Source: a virus
Taxonomy: Duplodnaviria > Caudoviricetes
Direction: 5' to 3' (one strand)
Virus record (IMG/VR): IMGVR_UViG_2914436621_000001
Coordinates: 32,001-96,000 of that record
DNA: 64,000 nucleotides
Shown: positions 57,006 to 64,000 of the stretch, in pieces
Layout: each line of letters starts with the position of its first letter
How positions within the stretch are numbered: position 1 is the stretch's first letter
Translations under genes and position numbers: made by a program
Notes under the pieces: model-generated
Databases searched by the model: none
Seen by the model: the letters and a program-made list of their open reading frames with translations, nothing else
What the model was told of the DNA's origin: nothing

Positions 57006-57702
57006 TCAGCCGTACCCCTAGTTCCATTATTTTGAGGAGCGTTTTTGTGTCGTCCTTTGTCTCCAACACGACCTTGAAACCTTCCCACATCTTCTTTTGA
57101 GCGGAGGACAGCACGATCGCCAACGGATATTTCTCCTGCGGCGATTTGGAGACAGCGGTATCATCCTCCCCTTCCTGTTCTCCTTCCCCTAGAACAGAGC
57201 GATCGCTATCACTGTCATCTCCATCGCCAATCACCTGGGATGACTGGAATTCAACCCCCTCGTCTTCAAGGAACTTGTCAATTTCTGCGGGATCGAAGCC
57301 TGTCAGCCCTAAATCAAAATCCAGGCTATCTAGATCTTCGAGTTCGATAGAGAGAGCTTCATAGTCATAGCCTGACTCGGCAGACCGATTGTCTGCTAAC
57401 CGTGCCGCCTTCTTCTGAGCTTCTGATAGGTCAGCTCGGACGATGACGGGTACGCGGTCTAGACCCAGTCTAAGAGAGGCTTCTCGTCGTCCATGCCCCT
57501 TCAGGATGATGCCCTGCTCATCCACTACGATGGGTTGGTCGAAACCGAATTCTGCGATCGCTCCTGCAATCTTGTCGATCTGGCTGGTGGGATGCTTTTT
57601 GACATTGTTAGCGTAGGGAGTGAGGCTGTCAGGGTGACGCCACTCGATTTCAGCAGAAAAGACGGTTTTAGATTTGGACATAGGGGACAAAAACGCTCTC
57701 AC
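56995..57702 (-). CDS. ParB/Srx N-terminal domain protein
   Basis: LTPYANNVKKH, FGFDQPIVVD, GHGRREA, RLADNR. Confidence 0.9.
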   Translation of the reverse strand: MRAFLSPMSKSKTVFSAEIEWRHPDSLTPYANNVKKHPTSQIDKIAGAIAEFGFDQPIVVDEQGIILKGHGRREASLRLGLDRVPVIVRADLSEAQKKAARLADNRSAESGYDYEALSIELEDLDSLDFDLGLTGFDPAEIDKFLEDEGVEFQSSQVIGDGDDSDSDRSVLGEGEQEGEDDTAVSKSPQEKYPLAIVLSSAQKKMWEGFKVVLETKDDTKTLLKIMELGVRLNGE

Positions 57703-57723
57703 CTATGGGATTTGTCCAGAACC

Positions 57724-58695
57724 TCAAACATCCATCAGATCTGCTAGCATCTCCGTCACCTTGCCCTGGGCATTGACGCGATTGTCGTCGTAACGCATGA
57801 GAACCTCAGGCTTGCGGTGACGGCTCAGCTTCATGGTTTCCCGAATATTGCCATTGCTGGCATCCAACGCCGCCGTAATCCCGCTGTGGCGGCAGCGGTG
57901 GGGTGAGAACCGCTTTTTGATACCCGCCTTCTCTGCCAACTGAAACCGAACTAAGTGATAGAGTCCGTCTCCAGTCAAGCGTTGACCAAAGTGGGCGCGA
58001 TCGACTGCAATAAATAGCGGTGACTTGGGCGCGCGATCGCCCCTTGCTTCCAGCCACACCTGGAGGGCTTCAACTGCGGCACTGCTCAGGCTAACCGATT
58101 CTTTCTGGGTGCCCCTCCCCTTCCCCAGGATGGCTAGAGTTTTGGCTTCAGGATTAAAGTCTGCAACGTTGGCAGAACAAATCTCATTACGCCGCAGCAC
58201 ATTATCCCAGAGCAGCCGTAGGAGGGCGTAGTCACGCTTACCCTTAAGCGTTGAGCGATCGACGACTTGAAACAGCAGCTTGAATTCCTCTGGAGTAATG
58301 CCCGTGGTATCCCGATAGGTCTCGGTTTTCTCCAGTTCAATTTCTTCTAAGCTCCAAACACATTTGCCTACTTTCTGTGCAAAGGCAACGAGTGACTTAA
58401 TTGCAGACAGCCGTACATTGACGGTGGATTCGCTCAGCTCTCGTTTAATCAGTTGAGCTTTATAGTGCAACACCAGTTTGATGGCAGTGGCACGCTCCAA
58501 CTGAAGGAAATGCGCGACAAGTGCCGGGTCAGGCTCTTTGCCACTGATGACTTCAAAGAAATCCTTTAATCCCCTGGCATAAGTGCGACGGGTGCTCTCG
58601 CTCCGCTTGTCTGCCAGTAATTCTTGGATGAGATCTCGCTCCTCTACCAAATCGAGAAAGAAGGGAGACGAGGAAGAAGGGGCGATCGCACTCAT
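57724..58695 (-). CDS. XerC/D-like tyrosine recombinase (probable resolvase)
   Basis: RDYALLRLLWDNVLRR, SPHRCRHS, LSRH...LMRY; clear paralog of 668-1642. Confidence 0.92.
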   Translation of the reverse strand: MSAIAPSSSSPFFLDLVEERDLIQELLADKRSESTRRTYARGLKDFFEVISGKEPDPALVAHFLQLERATAIKLVLHYKAQLIKRELSESTVNVRLSAIKSLVAFAQKVGKCVWSLEEIELEKTETYRDTTGITPEEFKLLFQVVDRSTLKGKRDYALLRLLWDNVLRRNEICSANVADFNPEAKTLAILGKGRGTQKESVSLSSAAVEALQVWLEARGDRAPKSPLFIAVDRAHFGQRLTGDGLYHLVRFQLAEKAGIKKRFSPHRCRHSGITAALDASNGNIRETMKLSRHRKPEVLMRYDDNRVNAQGKVTEMLADLMDV

Positions 58696-58700
58696 GGGGA

Positions 58701-58730
58701 AGCTAATGATAATGGGCGTTTTCGTTAGTT
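58701..58730. promoter_or_regulatory. dif/lox-like inverted repeat, candidate recombinase site
   Basis: agctaatgataa-tgggcg-ttttcgttagtt: 12-6-12 with 9/12 arm match, 5 nt upstream of the recombinase ATG. Confidence 0.5.
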
Positions 58731-58779
58731 AGAAATGCTTGATATATATGCGTTTCAGCGATCGCCGTGTAATGGCAAT

Positions 58780-58805
58780 AAAAAACCCCGCCAATGACGG
58801 GGTTT
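58780..58805 (-). terminator. Intrinsic terminator
   Basis: aaaaaaccccgccaatgacggggttt hairpin after the 58837 stop. Confidence 0.7.
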
Positions 58806-58836
58806 GTGTGAGTTGAGAAGGGGAGAAATTACGAAA

Positions 58837-59679
58837 TCATGCAGGTTGCAAGGATTTGTGCATTTTTTGAGCTTCAGTCAGCAATCCGTTGTAAACCTTG
58901 GCCTCCTCTTTCTTGTATTTGAGGGCGATCGCCTGTGCCACCTTAGTCAGCCAAGCTTGAGCCTGGTCGCTTTGAGCTGCAATTTCATCAAGGTACTCTG
59001 AACGATCTTTCTCCGGAATCAGGCGCTCCAGGCAAATGCGGTAACGATTGATCACCTGAAACTCAAAGTTCTTAGGCAGCTTCATTTTGCTGGACTTTCT
59101 CGCCTTTGGCTTTGATGCTTCCGTATCAGATTCAGGTTCGGAGACAGGTGGTTCTGCAACTGCCGTTGTCGCGCCGTTTTGAACTTGAGGCTGTGTGTTT
59201 ATGAATGTCGTAATTCGAGCGCCAACCCGCTCACGAACCCGCTGCTCAAGCGAACCGTCTTTCATCCGCTGGGATAGGGCTTGATCAATTGCTTCGTTCA
59301 CCGCCTTATCTACTTCCTGGTCAATTACCTGATCTACGGTCTGGTCAATCGTTGCAGTTGCCATTGCTGGTGACTCCAGTTCATCTTCATCAAACGATGA
59401 CTCTGATTCTAGACCACCCTCAAGGGTAGAGCCTTGCCAATGAACCGCTTTCGCAAAGCAAATTAGCAATCGATCGCCTCCCAGCACCAAAAATGCCATG
59501 CGGCGAATGTGCTCCAGTCTTACCATTAACTCGTTCACCTGTTCTAGATCGAAGCAGTGAATTTGGATTTGGTTGTCCGCATCCCGGTACAGACCGACTT
59601 TGCCCACTTGCAGAATGTCATCAGCAAACCGGCTGAAGCGCGATCGCTCCAACTTACTAAAATCTTCGTTGGTCAACAT
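58837..59679 (-). CDS. Hypothetical protein
   Basis: 280-aa ORF. Confidence 0.7.
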   Translation of the reverse strand: MLTNEDFSKLERSRFSRFADDILQVGKVGLYRDADNQIQIHCFDLEQVNELMVRLEHIRRMAFLVLGGDRLLICFAKAVHWQGSTLEGGLESESSFDEDELESPAMATATIDQTVDQVIDQEVDKAVNEAIDQALSQRMKDGSLEQRVRERVGARITTFINTQPQVQNGATTAVAEPPVSEPESDTEASKPKARKSSKMKLPKNFEFQVINRYRICLERLIPEKDRSEYLDEIAAQSDQAQAWLTKVAQAIALKYKKEEAKVYNGLLTEAQKMHKSLQPA

Positions 59680-59715
59680 GGCGGCAGTAATTCTCTATCT
59701 ATGGGGCGCGTCCAA

Positions 59716-60198
59716 TTAGAGTAGGGTTCTGACAATTTCAGCCAACCGCAACAAGGCTTCGTAGTACGTCTCTTGCAAGTAACGCTCAAAGCTATCAGTC
59801 AGGGTTGAATGGGCAAAGTAATGTGCCATCAGTTGACCCAGCTCCGGGCAGTCTGGCTCGAAGTGTTGGGCGATCGCGCTGCTGTAGGGTTCTGGCAGCC
59901 GATAGAGTGCCTTCCGCATCGTGTCGCTGTCGAGTTGGCTCTCTAATGGGCGACCAGGAATGAGTTGTTCTAGGGGAAGGTACAGACGGGAGAGATCGTA
60001 GACCTCGTCGAGTGTTCCTGCCCAAAATTTAGCTAGGCAATCTTCCAGTTCAGCCAGGTCAGCGTAGCTTGTGACCGTATCAATCTCGTCGATCGCATCT
60101 GAAACCGAGACGAAGGCATCTTCCAGGGTGAGGGTTTCAAGCATGTCCGCCTCCATCAATACTGAAGAGGTTGGCGCGGAAATCGGAACGGGAACCAC
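59716..60198 (-). CDS. Acidic hypothetical protein
   Basis: GGAGG RBS before an internal Met. Confidence 0.65.
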   Translation of the reverse strand: MVPVPISAPTSSVLMEADMLETLTLEDAFVSVSDAIDEIDTVTSYADLAELEDCLAKFWAGTLDEVYDLSRLYLPLEQLIPGRPLESQLDSDTMRKALYRLPEPYSSAIAQHFEPDCPELGQLMAHYFAHSTLTDSFERYLQETYYEALLRLAEIVRTLL

Positions 60199-60613
60199 AT
60201 TCTTGGCGAGCCAGTTCTTTCTCTGCTTTGGCAGTCAGCAGACGGGTGTCGTGTGCTTCGTCAATTTCGATGATCCGCTGCATATTCGCCGCCATCCATC
60301 GCCGAACTTCAGCCTTCTGTCGAGACGACATCTGCCCATCTTTGAGATGCTCTTCGACAATTCGCAATGCTCCCTGGCGGGTAGAGCGGCTTTTACTTTT
60401 AGTGCCAAGCCGTTTTTTTAGGTTGTAGTGAATCGTGGAGCGGGGAGTTTGAAGATGCTTTTCCAGCGCTCTGACAGTCCAACCCCGAAGAAATAATAGG
60501 CAGGCGCGATCGGCTATGGCGGCATTCATGATGAATCTGTGGCGAGTTGGGTGGGGGCCGTCATTTCTCGCTACAGACCGAAGAGAAGGCGATCGCCGTC
60601 TGAGCAGAACCAA
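60137..60613 (-). CDS. HTH protein
   Basis: GWTVRALEKHLQTPRSTIHYNL. Confidence 0.65.
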   Translation of the reverse strand: MVLLRRRSPSLRSVARNDGPHPTRHRFIMNAAIADRACLLFLRGWTVRALEKHLQTPRSTIHYNLKKRLGTKSKSRSTRQGALRIVEEHLKDGQMSSRQKAEVRRWMAANMQRIIEIDEAHDTRLLTAKAEKELARQECGSRSDFRANLFSIDGGGHA

Positions 60614-60732
60614 TGAAAGGCGTATTTACAATCTGCCCTGTCCTAAATTTAGTAGTACTAGTGATTCAACGGAAACTCTTCATATTGAGTTGCAAAAGAT
60701 ACTGTGTAGTTCCCGTAAAGTGGTGCTTCTGA

Positions 60733-61596
60733 TTAACTAGAAAACCGTGATTTTAACCGCATCCATTGGCTGCGTAGCCACCAGAACTTGCTAGATTCCA
60801 TCGCATCAACTCTGGATTCGGCGCGCTTGAGGCGATTACGCACCTGCTTCAATTCACGATGCATCTGCTCTACTTCTGCTGTTACGGGATTTGGAGCATC
60901 TAGAGATTGATAAAATTCAGCGATCGCTTGCCGGTTGCTCGTTTTTCCTTTCACCCAATAGGCTTGATCTGTCTCGATGCGTTCAAGCAGTGGCTTTTCA
61001 CTATGCCTGACACAAAAATCGTAGAAAGCCTCTCTACATCCCTCCCAATAACCAAAATCGTCTAGAACGGTACAGCCGCCATTGGGAACCAACGGGTAAA
61101 ACTTTTCCAGTACTTCTGTTACGGAAGAGTACCAGTCCGCATCACAGTGCAGGAGTGCAACTTTGGTTGGACCATCTTCCTGAAATGTGTCACTAAACCA
61201 TCCTGCTTTAATGATGTAGCGCTCAGATGATGTGCCGACGCGCTGCATTACTTCATGCACGTCATTGGGACTGGCAGCACACTCACCGATGTACTGTTTA
61301 GCGTCCTCTCCATCTCTCTCTGTGGTCTGGGGCATCCCCTGGAACCCTTCATACAGCCAGAGGCGGCGATCGCCCATAAATTGCGACAAGACTGCCGCCG
61401 ATCCTCCTTTAAACGCACCGCATTCGACAATGTCGCCTTCAATCCTCTGATTATTCAAGTATTGGCAAATCCGAATTAAATTTTTCAGCCGTCCCTCTGA
61501 CAGCAGGGTGTGCGATCGAACTTGCTCAATTAGAGATGCGATTGCCTTGGGCGAATAATCTTGCATTTCCTTCCCCCTAGAACGTGATTTTGCCAA
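60733..61596 (-). CDS. TylF/MycF/NovP-family O-methyltransferase
   Basis: IEGDIVECGAFKGGS, GWFSDT, LLHCDADWYSS, VLDDFGYWEGC. Confidence 0.9.
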   Translation of the reverse strand: MAKSRSRGKEMQDYSPKAIASLIEQVRSHTLLSEGRLKNLIRICQYLNNQRIEGDIVECGAFKGGSAAVLSQFMGDRRLWLYEGFQGMPQTTERDGEDAKQYIGECAASPNDVHEVMQRVGTSSERYIIKAGWFSDTFQEDGPTKVALLHCDADWYSSVTEVLEKFYPLVPNGGCTVLDDFGYWEGCREAFYDFCVRHSEKPLLERIETDQAYWVKGKTSNRQAIAEFYQSLDAPNPVTAEVEQMHRELKQVRNRLKRAESRVDAMESSKFWWLRSQWMRLKSRFSS

Positions 61597-62158
61597 TTCG
61601 CCACGCTAACTGCCTGCCAACCCGACCTGCCTTGGTAAAGGTGAACCCATAGCGATCGCCTGCTTTTGGGGCAATGCCCAGAATCTGGCGGAGCTGCGAA
61701 CTGCTGACAGTCCAACCCTGTTCGCAAATTTCCTGGAGCTGACGTTGTGGAGCAAGGGGATCAGAAGCCGGAGGTTGGAGGCGGGCGGCGATCGCTTCTA
61801 CAAATAGGAGCCAGGCTGGGGATGTGGACAAATCAGCCGACGTGTGAACAAGTTCATGGACGGGTGCGTTGCGTTCACGAACTTGTTCACCTTGAGAACT
61901 GGATTGAGCATAACTTACTGCAAACTCTGCTGCCGCTGCTGGGTTCTCAGCCAAGAGCCGACAGTACTCATCTAGCGCTTTTAGCTGCTCAAAGGTGATA
62001 AATGCTGCTTTACCAACCCTGAACGGCTTGATGTTCAGGATGCCCATGTATTCGTACACCTTGGTTTTGCCAAGGGTGTAGCGATCGGGGTAGAGGCTGG
62101 CGACGGGGATTTTATCAATCACTTCTGCACTCATGGACACGTTCGCGAGCACGTCCAC
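61577..62158 (-). CDS. Putative DNA-binding protein
   Basis: N-terminal HTH-like YTLGKTKVYEYM; C-terminal winged-helix-like SSSQLRQILG. Confidence 0.6.
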   Translation of the reverse strand: MDVLANVSMSAEVIDKIPVASLYPDRYTLGKTKVYEYMGILNIKPFRVGKAAFITFEQLKALDEYCRLLAENPAAAAEFAVSYAQSSSQGEQVRERNAPVHELVHTSADLSTSPAWLLFVEAIAARLQPPASDPLAPQRQLQEICEQGWTVSSSQLRQILGIAPKAGDRYGFTFTKAGRVGRQLAWRIGKITF

Positions 62159-62258
62159 ACTAGTTTAGTGGAGCGGATGATTTTACCCAACAAAATGCCG
62201 CCCTGAGAACTAGAGCGGCATTGCTACCTGTCTCAACTGCTACCTATCTCAAAGAGAT

Positions 62259-62603
62259 TCACTCTTTGTCGTCTGCCAGCTCACCTGACTCCTCCCACTT
62301 CTTGAGGCGAGTCCTTACCTTCTTGTTGACTAGCACACTGTTGCTGCCGCTGGAATAAGCATGAAATCCAAGAACAATGCACAGCCTGATGAATTCTGCA
62401 TCCTTCCACCCGTCCGCATCCGCGATCTCCTGCATCTGCTCTAAAAACTGAGGAGGTAACGACGTTCTCACCTCGATCATTTTGGGTGTGTTGGTCTGTG
62501 GAGACATCGAATCTACGTTAGAAGGGTGTTCTATCGCACTCATATTACCGGAATCCTTGACACGATAGAAAAATTTTACTCCTTTAAGTCTCCGTTCTAT
62601 CAC
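62259..62603 (-). CDS. RHH-like regulator
   Basis: EVRTSLPPQFLEQMQEIADADG..AEFIR. Confidence 0.6.
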   Translation of the reverse strand: MIERRLKGVKFFYRVKDSGNMSAIEHPSNVDSMSPQTNTPKMIEVRTSLPPQFLEQMQEIADADGWKDAEFIRLCIVLGFHAYSSGSNSVLVNKKVRTRLKKWEESGELADDKE

Positions 62604-62705
62604 CGTTAGAACGGAGATATGCTATGTTTTGCCTATACAACAACACAACATGGGTACAACGTTGTACCCAACCTGTGTACACAACACCCCAAAACTGGAG
62701 GAAAA

Positions 62706-63272
62706 ATGCCCTATTCCAAGCAAGATTTGGCGAAGTTGTACGAGATTCACCCCAATACCGTTTACAACATTTGCAAAGCAATGGGGGTTAGCAATAAGTC
62801 GAGCTACCCTGACGAGTTTTTGCCCAAGTTTGAACACGCTCAGCAATTGGTCGCTGAGGGTGGTTATGACGAAGTTCGCAAGCACTATCAGCCGCAAGCG
62901 AAGCAGGTTCACCATCAAACCGCTGACACCCAAAGTGCAGATGCTTACACCAACTCCTCTGAAGAAGATGCTGCAACTGGGTTAGACATGGAGATTTTTG
63001 AAACCGTCAACGATCTGATGAAAGGGAAGGCACAAGAAGCTGCCCAGATTGCTGCACCCCTATTCGCTATTCATTTCAATAAAGAGCTGAGTGGGGACAA
63101 CTCCCACCTAAAAAAGGGATTTGCCACATTGCGGCGGAGATTGAAGGAGACGACTGCGGGCGACGGGAAGAACTTGCTGACTACGGGGCTTCAGATGAGA
63201 TCTGCGCTGCCCTCGATGCAGCCACAACTGAGCTTATCGGCAGCATCAACCAACGAATTGACCAACGAGTAA
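62706..63272 (+). CDS. HTH protein
   Basis: YSKQDLAKLYEIHPNTVYN; GGAGG RBS. Confidence 0.7.
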   Translation: MPYSKQDLAKLYEIHPNTVYNICKAMGVSNKSSYPDEFLPKFEHAQQLVAEGGYDEVRKHYQPQAKQVHHQTADTQSADAYTNSSEEDAATGLDMEIFETVNDLMKGKAQEAAQIAAPLFAIHFNKELSGDNSHLKKGFATLRRRLKETTAGDGKNLLTTGLQMRSALPSMQPQLSLSAASTNELTNE

Positions 63273-63289
63273 AGCAGGGCAAATTACTG

Positions 63290-63472
63290 ATGTTCCACAG
63301 ATTTCTTCAGGGCGGAATGATTGCTTCTAGTGTTGTCATCGCGGTTGGCACGATCGCCAATGTGCTATTCCCACCAGCGATCGTCCTCACCGCTGCGATG
63401 CTCGGCGGGTTGGCTCAAGCGTCCGCACCTGAACCCAGAGTTGTTTATGTCACAACGAGGTACAGACCATGA
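63290..63472 (+). CDS. Small 2-TM protein
   Basis: Hydrophobic; ATGA overlap with the next gene. Confidence 0.6.
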   Translation: MFHRFLQGGMIASSVVIAVGTIANVLFPPAIVLTAAMLGGLAQASAPEPRVVYVTTRYRP

Positions 63473-63876
63473 CCATGAGCCGAATCATCAAAGCTGCCAT
63501 TGCGATCGCCGTCCCTCTGCTTTTAGCTGGGGGGTCTGTTCTATCAATCAGGCATCACGCCCTTGAAGAATCTCAGGACTTAATCGATCGCCAGGGGTTG
63601 AACGGGATGCTGTCACCCATCGGGGAGGATGCCCAGCAAACCATGTTGTCTACGGCCAGAGATGGGGTGTTTACTGGATTAGCTGTTGGGTTGGTTGGCG
63701 CAACTGCGATCGCCTATGGTGTATCGCTGTTGCGAACTCCTCAGCCTCCATCAACCGGTTCAACTGAATTGAAAGACTTGCTCTCTCAGCTCAATTTCAA
63801 GGTTGATGAGCTGCGATTTGAGGTTGGACTTTTCAACATTGCCAATGACCATCAACCCGATAAGGAGGGACAGTGA
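63469..63876 (+). CDS. 2-TM membrane protein
   Basis: Two hydrophobic segments. Confidence 0.65.
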   Translation: MTMSRIIKAAIAIAVPLLLAGGSVLSIRHHALEESQDLIDRQGLNGMLSPIGEDAQQTMLSTARDGVFTGLAVGLVGATAIAYGVSLLRTPQPPSTGSTELKDLLSQLNFKVDELRFEVGLFNIANDHQPDKEGQ

Positions 63877-64000
63877 TGAGGCAGGCAGAATCGGTGCCCG
63901 TCGATTACGAGATTCCGTTAGGTGAGAGCAAGCCTGTTCGCCGGGAAACTCAGCCGATCGCCAATCCCAAAGCGGTGGCCGCACTGAATGTCTCACGCCA

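Larger units (their letters stand above)
25960..64000. mobile_element. Prophage B, contractile-tailed (right end outside window)
   Basis: Terminase, portal, scaffold, capsid, sheath, tube, tape measure, baseplate, fibres and lysozyme in conventional order on the minus strand. Confidence 0.92.

Noticed and set aside
62222-62252. Tandem 15-bp repeat tgctacct(g/a)tctcaa
   Set aside because: Only two copies and no context supporting a function
1-64000. GCGATCGC over-representation as a novel repeat
   Set aside because: It is the known cyanobacterial HIP1 octamer

Overview
The window is cyanobacterial DNA (the HIP1 octamer GCGATCGC is frequent throughout) and appears entirely proviral. It is best read as two related temperate elements in tandem, joined at a 3' fragment of tRNA-Ser(GCT) at about 25.9 kb. 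Element A (1 to ~25.9 kb) runs from a truncated HTH/TerS-like gene through a XerC-like recombinase, DNA methyltransferase, SigF-like sigma factor, holin-like genes, a DdrB-like SSB, a membrane/P-loop ATPase module, a repressor switch, a CyRepA1-type primase-helicase, excisionase and integrase. Element B (~26 kb to the end) carries an apparently complete contractile-tail (myovirus) morphogenesis region, an HU gene, an ADP-ribosyltransferase, a radical SAM enzyme, a ParB-N protein, a second XerC-like recombinase and a TylF methyltransferase. Most notable: (1) four otherwise unrelated proteins of element B, including the ADP-ribosyltransferase, share the N-terminal tag MASKGGSWK(S/G)G(K/T)F with divergent codons, a candidate virion-loading signal; (2) the 10-mer CCCCTAGAAC occurs 20 times in element B and was not seen in A; (3) each element has an extra recombinase with a dif/lox-like site upstream. 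All family assignments are by motif recognition only; no searches were run and counts are by eye.
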